Positions 34,231 through 47,538 of a stretch of 64,000 nucleotides of DNA are shown piece after piece. The stretch comes from Caecitellus pseudoparvulus (taxonomy: Eukaryota > Protista > Bigyra: Bicosoecida): NCBI GenBank assembly GCA_965644315.1, contig CBFFRQ010000087.1:62001-126000 (forward strand), given 5' to 3'. A program made the position numbers and the translations under genes. The notes beneath the pieces were generated by a model. The model saw nothing but the letters and a program-made list of their open reading frames with translations, ran no database searches and had not been told where the DNA came from. The number at the start of each line of letters is the position of its first letter. The first letter of the stretch is position 1.

Positions 34231-34771
34231 CAGCGCAGCTCCCGCCCAGAGAACTTGTTGGTTTTCAGCAACGTGCGGGTCGTCAGCTGGAAGCTGGACA
34301 TTGAGTGTTTCTCTGCCACAAGGAAGGGCGGTGGCGTAGTGTGTGGTGCTGGTCTGCAGGTGGGAGTTTCGCCAGGGAAGTCACAGAGCGCAGGCACGTG
34401 CTAGGACTCACGTGAAGGCCAGCTGTTGTCCAATGCGAATTGGAGGGAGCGCCAAACGAGTCGGCGCAACACAATGCTTATTATGCTGGTAGTTAATACG
34501 TCGTCCAGTTTCCAGCGCTGAGGCGTACGTGGCGAACAGGAGGAGCGCCGCGGCGGCCGCGTTTCGCGCAAGATGCATGGCTGGCAGCGGTCAAGCGAAG
34601 GTTGTGCTCCCGCGAAGCTGTGAGGGCTACTGTTGAATGCTTTGTTCACGTACTGTGCGCAGTATCTCAATTCTCCCAGCGCAAGTGGAAATTGGTGGAG
34701 GGTGGCCTCAACTGCATTGGCTGTGATGCTTCAAAGAGCCCCCATCACGGGGGGGGACTGCGCGGGGCAGC

Positions 34772-37483
<2,712 letters not shown>

Positions 37484-37800
37484 GTTGAATGCTGCAGGGG
37501 TTGCTCCAGCACACGGAGGGGCACAGGGAGTGCCTGGGGGGATGACAGTCGGAGGATTTGGAAGTGGTGCGGGCAGCGGAGTGAAGCGTGGTGCGCCGTG
37601 TGTGGAGGGGGTCACAGCTCCCTGCGTGTCCGCAGCACGTGGGGGGCATCGACCAGGCTGCAGCAGGCAGAGTGCCGTTCGTGACACTTCTCTCGCGATT
37701 GACAGCCCGAACGCTGTACTCCTTGCTCACGCTCTGGGCAGCAAGGCAGCCTCGAGGGTGTGTGTCAATTTCCGCGTCCGGCCCCGCTGCACTGTGCAGC
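37484..37800. promoter_or_regulatory. Putative bidirectional promoter region between ATP2 and NOP2
   Basis: About 317 bp between the divergent start codons 37483(-) and 37801(+). Inferred from geometry only. Confidence 0.4.
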
Positions 37801-40564
37801 ATGGGCAAGCGCAGCGGCAAGAAGCAAGGTGGAGGGCGGAGGGTCTCCTTTGGCGGCATTATGCCGGCTACTCCCAGCAAGCCCACCAGCTCTGCAGCTG
37901 GCTCCCGAACAGGTGCGTGGCAGCGCCAACTGTTACCTCGCCGGGCTTGGAGCACGATGGCGTGGAACATGGTGCTGCGCGCCGTGCACAGCTCCCGCGA
38001 AAGGCCGAAAGACGGTGCAAGTGGACAGGGAAGTCAGTGTCCGCCTGCCTTTGAGCAGCAAGAAGGGCAAGGTCCCCAAGGCGTGCGTGGGCGTGTGCGG
38101 GGCGTGTCTCGCGCTGAATGTGAGGCAAGCACGAAACGCACTCGAAACGACACGCTTTGCCGGCGCAGAGTGTTGAAGCAGCGACGTGAGAGCTGGGCCA
38201 GCGCTTCAACAGTTGGCGATTCAGATGCTCAATCGTTTGCCTCGGTGCGTGGTGCGGTGGGGTTTTCCGGAGACTACTCCTGGTGCCGGCGTCCTGGGCC
38301 TGTTCTGCCGCCTGGCCCTCGTGCGTGCCCTGGCACTGCTTGCACTCCCCCGCGCTTCGACCCTCCCACAGCACGAGTTCGACGCGGCAGACATGGCCGA
38401 AGTTGCTGCGGGGGCGCCATCCCCTGCGTGGTCCCCCGCGCTGCAAGCTGCCGTGGCAGCCGAGGAGGGCGCCAGTGACAGTGCCAGCGCCAGTGACAGT
38501 GACGGCTCACCAGCCGCTGGTGCTGGGACGGCACTGAATCGCAGCCTGGTGCTCATGTCTGCGGCAGACTCCGAGTCTAACTCGGGGTCCAGTGCGGGGT
38601 CGGCGTCCGAGTCAGGGAGTGACTCCGAGTCAGAGTCCGAGGGGGACTCGCCCCAGGCGCCGGCAGCCCCCCCTGCTGCGTTGTTCGGCGACGATGACTC
38701 CGAGGCCTCTGACGTGGACATCACTGCTGGCGCCGGGGAGGCCCCTGCGTGGGATGCAGTGGACTCGGACAGCGATGGCAGTGGGGGGGAGGGGGCCCCC
38801 GTGGGGCGCCTGGAGGCCCTGGCAGCCGAGGCAGAGGCAGAGGAGGCGGAGGCGGCAGCGGAGGCTGCTGAGGCGGCAGCAGACATGCGAGCACAAGTGG
38901 AGGGGGAGAGTGATGCGTTTTACCTGCCCAGCGCGGCCGAGCTGGAGGTGGAGGCCAGCCTGCCCCCCAACCTGCCCGCCATCCGCACGCGCATGGCTGG
39001 CATCGCGGGAGTACTAGGCAACTTCAAGGCGGAGCGGCAGGTGGACCGGAGCCGGGCGGACTACTTGGCGTGTCTGGCGTCGGACATGACGGCGTATTAC
39101 GGCTACAACCCCGAGCTGGTGGAGATCTACCTGGACCTGTTCTCACCCGGCGAGGCGCTTGCGTTCATGGAGGCGAATGAGGGGGGGCGCCCCATGGTCA
39201 TCCGCACCAACACCCTCAAGACGCGCCGGCGCGAGCTGGCCAAAGCCCTCATCAACCGCGGCGTGAACGTGGAGCCGCTGGCGGGGTGGAGCAAGGTGGC
39301 GCTGAAGGTGTACGACGCCCCCGTGCCCATCGGCGCCACACCTGAGTACATGGCGGGGCACTACATGCTGCAAGCGCCCTCCTCCATGCAGCCCGTGATG
39401 GCGCTGGGCGCACTGCCGGGGGACCGCGTCCTGGACATGGCCGCGGCGCCGGGCGGCAAGACGACGCACATCGCGCAGGGCATGCGCAACCAGGGGCTGC
39501 TGGTGGCCAACGACAGCAAAAAGCACCGCCTGACATCCCTGTCAGCCAACCTGCAGCGCCTGGGCGTCACCTGTGCCGTGGTGTGCAACTACGACGGGCG
39601 GGTGCTGCCCACCGTCATGACTGGGTTTGACCGTGTTCTGCTGGATGCGCCGTGTTCCGGGCTGGGCGTCGTGGGCCGCGACCCCTCCATCAAGACGCAG
39701 AAGGGGCTGGGGGATGTCACCAAGATGGCAGCCATCCAGAAGCAGCTGGGCCTGGCAGCCATCGACTGCCTGGATGCCAACAGCAAGACGCCAGGGGGTG
39801 CTGTGTTCGTGTACTCCACGTGTTCCGTGTGCGTGGAGGAGAACGAGGCCGTCGTGGAGTACTTGCTGGCCCACCGCTGCGTGAAGCTGGTGCCGCTTCA
39901 CCCCGAAGGAGCTGAGGATGTCGGGGAGCCGGGGTTCATCCGGCACCGCCACCGGCGCTTCCACCCCTCCATGAACCTCACCCGCCGCTTCTACCCGCAC
40001 GTGCACAACATGGACGGCTTCTTCGTGGCCAAATTCCGCAAGTACGCCAACGCCATCCCCGAAGGCGCCGCCATGCCCACTGGCAGGCGCAAGATGACAC
40101 CAGTGGCACCCGGTGCCGCCCTGGCGGAGCACAGTGACAGCGCGTCGGAGGGTGCCAGTGACAGCGACGAGCCTGGTGTGGAGGCAGGCGCAGCGGCTGC
40201 TGCGTTGCAGGGGGGAGTCAAGGGTGGCAAAGGCACCAAGCGCCCCCGTGACGCGCCACGCCCTGCCCACGCCGGCAAGCGCAAGCGCAAGAGTGCCACT
40301 ATTCCAGCAGCCGTGGAGGTGCAAGGGCAGGCAGCCGCTGTGGAGGGGGCGGTGCAGGCGCTGTCTGCCAAGGCGCGTGACGCAGCCAAACGCGCAGCTG
40401 CCCACAAGAGCGGCGATGCGGCACTGGCTCGGGTGGGGCTGTCCAAGGAGCAGTTGAAGCAGGCTGTGGCAGAGGAGGCGGCAGGGGCAAAGAAGGGCTC
40501 CTCTGGGCGTAAGGGCGGCAAGGGGCGCAAGGGCGGCTCTGGCCGGCGTGCAGGGGGCAAGTGA
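37801..40564 (+). CDS. NOP2: 25S/28S rRNA (cytosine-C5)-methyltransferase NOP2/NSUN1
   Basis: IRTNTLKTRRRELAKALINRGVN, GATPEYMAGHYMLQ, LDMAAAPGGKT, LLDAPCSG, YSTCS and RRFYPHVHNMDGFFVAK; acidic N-terminal region and basic C-terminal tail. The probable first exon is MGKRSGKKQG at 37801; 5' exons are not fully resolved. Confidence 0.95.
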
Positions 40565-40790
40565 CGCCTTTGCGCCAGCGCGGAAAACGAAGGCGCGCCC
40601 CCCCAAGTTCTGACTACCGGGGGGGGGGTCTCCCACGGCAATGCAGCCCAGAACCCGCAAACACTAACACCACTCACTTTCAGCTCCCTTCCCACTCTTC
40701 GCACCCCCCTGCAGTCCTGAGCCCCTCCGCTCAACAGCTCGCGCATCGCGTGTGTCTGGTGCCTGCACCCCTTCAACCTCCGCATCCACC

Positions 40791-42200
40791 ATGCCTAAGA
40801 CCAACACCGTCGAGGGCTTCCTCAAGGACCTGGCCGCTGGTACGTGCACTTTCATGCTGTTTGCAGTGTCTTCCGCTCCCTTCCAGTGCTACCTCGCGCG
40901 GGGACGGTGCTTGAACAGAGCATGTTCCCGCCCGCGTGTTTCGCACCATCGCACCTCCCACACGCGCCCGGCCCCACACCTGCCCACCCTCGCGTCAACC
41001 TCAGGTGGCGTCGCCGGTGCCGTCTCCAAGACTGCCGTCGCCCCCATCGAGCGTGTCAAGCTGCTGCTGCAGGTACGTCGTGCGGCCTGGCGTGCCTTGG
41101 CGGGATTGCCCACGCTGCCACTGGCTCACCCTGCACTTGCCCTTCCCCACGCTGCTGCCACAGGTCCAGGACTCTGCCAAGCACATCGCTGAGGACAAGA
41201 AGTACAAGGGCATCATGGGTGCGTGCGAATGCCGTCGTTGCGCCGGGGCGTGTGCCCCTTTAGGGCCGCGGTCCCCGCGCGGCCTGGTCAATTCCCGCTC
41301 CACAAATGCCCACCCCGACACTGTCCCCCCGCGCTCCCCCCCTGCACAGACGCCTTCCGTCGCATCCCCGCCGAGCAAGGTGTGTGTCGTGCATGCCCTG
41401 TCACCGCAGCTCCCTCGTTGCTGAGGCCTGCAGCCGTCTGCGGGCATTGTTCCGTTTTGCGCCCAAGCTGACCCCCCCCCTTCACACCCCTCCTCTCAGG
41501 CATGTCCGCTCTGTGGCGCGGCAACATGGCCAACGTGGTGCGGTACTTCCCCACCCAGGCCCTGAACTTCGCCTTCAAGGACACCTACAAGCAGATGTTC
41601 CTGGCTGGCGTGGACAAGAAGACCCAGTTCTGGCGCTTCTTCGCCGGGAACCTGGCCGCTGGTGGTGCCGCTGGTGGCACCTCCCTGCTGTTCGTGTACC
41701 CTCTGGACTTCGCGCGTACCCGCCTGGCTGCCGACACCGGCAAGGGCGACAGCCGCCAGTACAACGGCCTGGTTGACTGCCTGACCAAGATCTACAAGGC
41801 TGACGGCGTCGCCGGCCTGTACCGTGGCTTCGGCGTGTCTCTGGGAGGTATCATCGTGTACCGCGCTGCCTTCTTCGGTGGTTTCGACACCGCCAAGGGC
41901 GCCATCTTCGAGGACCCCAAGAAGGCCCCCATCTGGGCCTCCTGGCTCGTGGCCCAGGTGGTCACCACCGTCTCCGGTGTCATCTCCTACCCCTTCGACA
42001 CCGTGCGTCGTCGCCTGATGATGCAGTCCGGCATGCCCGCGGCTGAGCGCCAGTACTCTGGCACCCTGGACTGCTGGGCCAAGATCGCCGCCCAGGAGGG
42101 TGTCGGTGCCTTCTTCAAGGGTGCCTTCTCCAACATCCTGCGTGGCACTGGTGGCGCCCTGGTCCTGGTCATGTACGACGAGTTCAAGAAGCTCATGTAA
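40791..42200 (+). CDS. AAC: Mitochondrial ADP/ATP carrier
   Basis: Exons 40791-40839, 41005-41072, 41164-41218, 41350-41379 and 41500-42200 splice in frame. [44 protein letters not shown] and the RRRLMM signature are present. Confidence 0.98.
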
Positions 42201-42425
42201 ATGCCCAGGCCGTGGGGCTGCTGTAGCCTGCGTTGCTGGCAGTGTTGGGAACTCTGGCAGGGGGGCCTGCCACCTCACTCCGAGAGGTGTCGGGTGCAGC
42301 CCCCCCTGTCAAATGCACTGCAGAGCTGAACACCTCAACTTGCGCACGGCGGCGGAAGCTTGCTTTGTGGTAGGGGTATGGCGGGGTGCATTGCGATATG
42401 CTGCTGCTCCTGCTGCCAGTTTGGT

Positions 42426-44648
42426 TCAATCGCTGTCGTCGTCAATGTCCTCGACACATTCCTCAGACGCGGGCTGGGGCGATACGCTTGGCCCTGCCTG
42501 TCGTGACGGCACACTGAGCAGGGTGGGCGTGAGGGCCCCCCAGTGGCCCACCAGCCACCCCCCTCCAGGCACTGCTGCCCCCAGAGGCAGCCCCCCACAC
42601 CCGGCACGTGCCAGCAAGCTCTGCCGCTTGGGCCCGAATGCCGCCATAGCACGTGCTAGCGCTGGTGCGTTGGGCATGCGGGCTTGGGCCGGCAACGTGT
42701 CTGTGAGCAAGTCACGCATGGAGGTGCGGGCGCCTGGTGCGTTACACACACCCTGCCGCAGCAGGGCCAAGTTGTCCCGCCGCAACGTACGCAGGGCGAA
42801 GAGGGGCGGCTTGCGCAGCGGCCGAAACGCACGAGGGGCGGGCGCCGCATTGGCCACGGCCGCCGCCCGAGCCGACAAAGTCAACGCATATGCCTCCGCC
42901 GACACAGCCACAGTGCCTGTTGCAGGGCTAGTGCTGGCGCCCGCCGCCCCTGCCGCGTCCTCGCCCAGGCCAGGGTCGTCGGCGCGACGGCCAAGGTGCA
43001 GGGCGGCATGAAACGCACCAGCGAGGCGGTCCGCCGTCGCCCATGTGTCTGCCGCAGTGGCAAAGTGGCCGATGTCAGTGAAGAAATCTGGTGCGTTGTG
43101 GGCGAGGAAGGCTGCCACTGTGCCTCCATCGTAGGCAGTGCTTGCAGCGGTGTGGTCGGGGTCGCTCTCGAGCACCCCGGTTTCCGGGTCCCGTTTGGCG
43201 TACAGCAACTTGCCGAGGGCGTGCAGGGGCGGCAGAAACGCATCGCGGACACGGCGGTGAGATGCCGATGTCAGCGCATCGCGTTCACCGGACCCCCTTC
43301 GGTCGTGCCCGACCAGCAGTTGCAGCGTGTTGATGGCGTGTCGGAGGTCGCCTGAACTGCCCTCTGCGATGCAACGCAGCAGGTCGTCCGAGTCACACCC
43401 ATGCGGCGCGTGTGTGGAGCCTGTCCGCCTGCGTTTGACGCTGCCGCCAACGCCCCTGGCGCCTGCGAGGTTGGCGACACGAGCCAGGGCTCGGCGCATG
43501 CGACCTGGTGGCACGGGCGGCAGTGTCAGGACCAGGCTGCGAGGGTGGTGCACGATGTCCGCACCCCATTCCCGCACGAGGGCAGGCAGGCATGCCGTCT
43601 CTCCCACTGCTGGGCCAGAGGACACACACACCGCTACAAGTGCACGCGAGGCTGATGCTGAGCTGTGGGCGCTGCGGCGGAGGTGGTCGGAAACCGCTCG
43701 GAGGGCGGCGTCGCCCACGGCTCCATGCCGTGTTCGCGGAACACTGTCCAGGAGGATGACCGAGTGTGGGCCGCAGCCCTGTCGGCGTGACGTGACTTGT
43801 GGCTTGTGGGCAGGGGGCGTCGGGTCACTCCCTGCCACGGCCAGCGGCGCATACGCAGATGCGCTGCCAAGAAACGCATCAAAACAGCCCCCCGCGTCCA
43901 CCCACTCCACATCTGCATCTCCCTGCCTCTGGAACGCCTCCATGGGTGCCTGGGCGGAGGTGTGTGGCAGGTACCCCCCCTGAGCCCCCCCCTGACCCCC
44001 CTCACTGCTCCACCTGTGCACCGGCACGCCGGCTTCCTTCGCACACACCTGCAGGGCTGTGCTCTTGCCTGTTCCGGGTGGGCCCACTAGGAACAACAGG
44101 CACGGCCTCTGGGGGTGTTCCCCGCTCATGCATGCCTGCACCTCTCGCAGGCGAGGCTTGTGCCATGCCAAGTCAACCGAGTCAACGGGTGCGAAAGCTT
44201 CGTGCCAGGGAGTGGCAGCGGCAGGGGGGGGTGAGGGGGGCCTCCATACCCGCTCCCGCTTGGTGCCCCCCGTGCTGGGCTTCCGAGATGCAGTGCGGCC
44301 GCGCTTGGGCTGCGGCAGAGGTGCGCTGCTGCGTTGTGGCAGCACTGGCAGGGTTGGCAGCTGGCTCGGCTGCCCAGGTGGAACCAGCGTCAAGCCCAGC
44401 AGAGATGCGAGGGAGTGGGGGTTGCTGGCACTGGACGTGGATGTGCAGGGGAGGACGACAGCGTCTTCATCCGAGGAGCTGCCCAAATCGATGAAGGGGC
44501 TGTGGGAGGCTGGCACCGTCGAAGGTGCGGCTTTTGCTCCGGCGCTGCCGCCTGCCGTTGCGCGACGCTTGCCAGGGCCAGATGGCAGCCACACATCGCT
44601 GTCGCTGTCGCTGTCGCTGGCGACGTTCACAATGAGTGGACTTGCCAT
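42426..44648 (-). CDS. RAD17: Checkpoint clamp loader RAD17/Rad24
   Basis: WHEAFAPVDSVDLAWHKPRL, Walker A GPPGTGKST, GDLRHAINTLQL and HALGKLLYAKR are Rad17-type motifs. Start taken at MASPL. Confidence 0.85.
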   Translation of the reverse strand: MASPLIVNVASDSDSDSDVWLPSGPGKRRATAGGSAGAKAAPSTVPASHSPFIDLGSSSDEDAVVLPCTSTSSASNPHSLASLLGLTLVPPGQPSQLPTLPVLPQRSSAPLPQPKRGRTASRKPSTGGTKRERVWRPPSPPPAAATPWHEAFAPVDSVDLAWHKPRLREVQACMSGEHPQRPCLLFLVGPPGTGKSTALQVCAKEAGVPVHRWSSEGGQGGAQGGYLPHTSAQAPMEAFQRQGDADVEWVDAGGCFDAFLGSASAYAPLAVAGSDPTPPAHKPQVTSRRQGCGPHSVILLDSVPRTRHGAVGDAALRAVSDHLRRSAHSSASASRALVAVCVSSGPAVGETACLPALVREWGADIVHHPRSLVLTLPPVPPGRMRRALARVANLAGARGVGGSVKRRRTGSTHAPHGCDSDDLLRCIAEGSSGDLRHAINTLQLLVGHDRRGSGERDALTSASHRRVRDAFLPPLHALGKLLYAKRDPETGVLESDPDHTAASTAYDGGTVAAFLAHNAPDFFTDIGHFATAADTWATADRLAGAFHAALHLGRRADDPGLGEDAAGAAGASTSPATGTVAVSAEAYALTLSARAAAVANAAPAPRAFRPLRKPPLFALRTLRRDNLALLRQGVCNAPGARTSMRDLLTDTLPAQARMPNAPALARAMAAFGPKRQSLLARAGCGGLPLGAAVPGGGWLVGHWGALTPTLLSVPSRQAGPSVSPQPASEECVEDIDDDSD

Positions 44649-45072
44649 TTGGCCTGATCTAGCGGTTGCGTGGCGCCTCTGGACAGTGCGGCGGCCTTTG
44701 CAGTGTGCGGCTTTTGGTTGCGCCCAGCTGCGCAGCTTGCAAAAATTCGGACCAATGCACGGGTGTCGAGCAGACCGGCCACACCGGGGGGAGTGTTGTG
44801 ATCTGTAATGTATTGTTGATTGTGTCGGCTGTGCATAGTTTCGCACTTCTGCTCCTGCGGAAGATCTGCCGAGTTGCCGCCTGGCCTGCGGAAATTGAGC
44901 CACTTGGCACCTCTCTTCTTCTCCCCCCACAAAACCCCGTCTGCAGCACTTCCGCTGGAATTTCAAAGCCTTGAACACTATCACTGAAGAAACGAAGTAT
45001 AACAGCGCAGCCTCTTTGTCAGTATCGCCTGCTAAACCAAGCACACCGCCCCTTCGCGTGCACACCACCAGG

Positions 45073-46159
45073 ATGGCAGCATCCCCTGAGCCAGGGCTGA
45101 CAGGCACACCGCAGCCTGCCGCCGCTGAAACAGGCAGCGACCCCCATGAACTGCTTGCCTCTGGACGGCCACTTCCGCAACCCATCTTGGGGGCTGTGGT
45201 TGACCTGGATGGCACCCTGCTTGACTCAGAGCCTATCTACTTCCAGTGCTACAAGCATGCAGCGGGCAGGTGCGCATGTCAGGGCAACGCAGCAGAGTGC
45301 TGCCTCCCAGGTCATGCAGCTCACTGCATTGTTTCACCCCCCCCACCCACCTCCCTCTCTCCCTTTCGCAGCTTTGGTGTGCCGTATGAGGTGCGGGTGG
45401 GACGAGGGGCACACCTGGGGTCCTTGCCTCAAACAAGCCTCAGCCAGGCCCACACCCCCCGACAACCCTCACTTTCCTGCGCAGCTTGAACGGGACCACG
45501 CGCAGATCATCGGCAGGCCAGAGGTGGCAGGTGCAGAAACGCTCATCGCACACTTGAAGCTGGAGGGCGTGACGCCGGGGCAGTTCTTGAAGGTGCGCGA
45601 AGTCGAGGCAGTGCGATGGCTGGCAGCCCCCCCCCCCCTATGCACACCCCTCTCATCCTCCTTCCAGGCCCGTGATGAGAAGTTCAAGGAGCTGATCGGC
45701 GATGTACAGGCCCTGCCAGGTGCAGTGCAGTTGCTGCGTTGGTTGAAGGAGGAGCTGCACCTGCCAGTGGCAGTGGCCACTTCCAGCAGCCGCGAATACT
45801 TGCCGCTGAAACAGGCAAAGAATGCCGAGCTGTTCAGTTTCGTGGACGCTGTCGTGTGTGGCGACGACGATGTGGTGGGCGCTGGCAAGCCGGCACCGGA
45901 CATTTTTCTGGCTGGCGCAAAGGCACTGCACTTGCCACCCACCAGCTGCATTTCGGTGGAAGACGCCATTTCCGGCGTCAAGGCAGCAACTAGCGCAGGC
46001 ATGTGGACTGCCTGCGTGCCGCACCCCAGCGTCCCCGTGCAGCAGTATGTGGAAGCTGGCGCCGACCTCATAAGCCCGGGCGGCTTGCTGCCTGTTCTGA
46101 GCTGGCTCAAGGCGGCTCTGGAAGCGCAAGTCAAAACAAGTGGGGGTCAAGGCGAGTGA
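45073..46159 (+). CDS. HAD-superfamily phosphatase (HDHD1/pseudouridine-5'-phosphatase-like)
   Basis: DLDGTLLDSE (motif I), VATSS (II), GKPAPDIF (III) and VEDAISG (IV). Exons 45073-45269, 45372-45390 (19 nt), 45485-45592 and 45668-46159 are in frame. Confidence 0.9.
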
Positions 46160-46220
46160 CGGGGGCTGCATTGCGGCGGCAGGGCGGGGTCTGGCCCGGT
46201 GTGCGTTTGGGCGAAACGGC

Positions 46221-47167
46221 TCACACTTGTTCCGCGAGTAGGTCCAGCCGCACTGCTGTTCGCCCCCCCTCGGCGTCCTCCTCACCCTCCTCGTCCACGT
46301 GCACAAAGCGAGGCTTCATGGACAGGTCGAAGCCTTCCTCGGCCAAGTACCCGCGAGCTCGGATGACGCTCTGCACCATATTCCGCACCGCATCAGCGCC
46401 GATGCCGACAATGCACACCCGCCTAGCCTCCCGCACACGCCCGGCAATGGCACCTGCCACTTTGGATGGCTGGCTGGCGTTGCCGCACCGCAGCGTGTCT
46501 GCCTGTAACGCAGCAGCGCTGGCGGCGGGCGCGCTGCTCTTGCGCACATGCAGCATGACAGCGTTCGGCCCCACAGCCTTGTTCGCGGCAGGCTTCACAA
46601 TGAGGTCGAAGCCGTCCTGGGCCACGTACTGCCGAGCAACTGCCAGGCTTTTGACTGCTGCGTTGATGCTTGACGCGCCGATGGCGGCGAGGGCGGGTGG
46701 GTCCCCCTTGCGGGCCGTGTGTGCGACACTGCCCGCTACGCGTTTCGTGGAGGAGGTGCCTGCCACCAGCAGCACACGCTTGTCCTCAGGCCCAGCTGCC
46801 AGGGCATCCGAATCAGCGCCTGGCATGCCGATGTCGCGTGTGCTGGGTGTGGACCGCTGTGCCTGCTTGCGGCCGCCGGCTCGGCCTGTGGGCGGGTGAA
46901 ACGCAGCAGGTGGGCGGCGCGCGGCAGTGCAGGCGCAGGAACACACACACCTCTACGACGGCCCTGGCGTGGCCCTGTCTTGGCAGGCGCAGGGGCGGCG
47001 TCGGTTGGCGGCACGATGTCCACACCACTGCGGCAGGTGAGGCGAGGCGCACTGGTGCTGGTGCTGTGCTCTGAGTCACTCTCGCGCTGGCAAAAGTGGC
47101 AGTGCCTGACGCACGGAGGAGCAGCGGACATGAAGGATGTCTCGGTGTGGGCTTGCTCAGCAGCCAT
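46221..47167 (-). CDS. Protein with two tandem SpoVS (Alba-fold) domains and an RG-rich N-terminal region
   Basis: Two repeats match the SpoVS pattern: VAGSVAH...AIGASSINAAVKSLAVARQYV...FDLIVKP and VAGAIAG...GIGADAVRNMVQSVIRARGYL...FDLSMKPRF...RTAVRL. Exons 47167-47115, 47027-46951 and 46885-46221 are in frame (264 aa). Confidence 0.85.
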
Positions 47168-47538
47168 CTTGGCGTGGAGCTGCGGTGGAGGGGGTGGCCA
47201 GCGGAAATTGAGCCACGTGAGAGTGCTTTGCAGCGTGTGGCAGGCTGGCAGCAAGTGGACAGAGGGCAGCGCAATGCTTCGTGGGCATAACGTGTTGCTA
47301 GGATTTGCCACTTCCCTGTTGGGTCGTGTGGCAGTGTGTACCACGACGCCCCATTGCTGGGTAGCGCCCCCCCTCATCAACACAGCCAATCCATCACGCA
47401 CCGCCCTCCACACACAGCTCCTCCGCGAAACGCAGGGCGCAGCAGGCGGCAACACTCCACATCCACCCAGCCTGTGCATTGTGTGACGAGGCCGGGGACA
47501 GAGCACGCACGTGAACACCAACACTCCCTGCTCCACCC

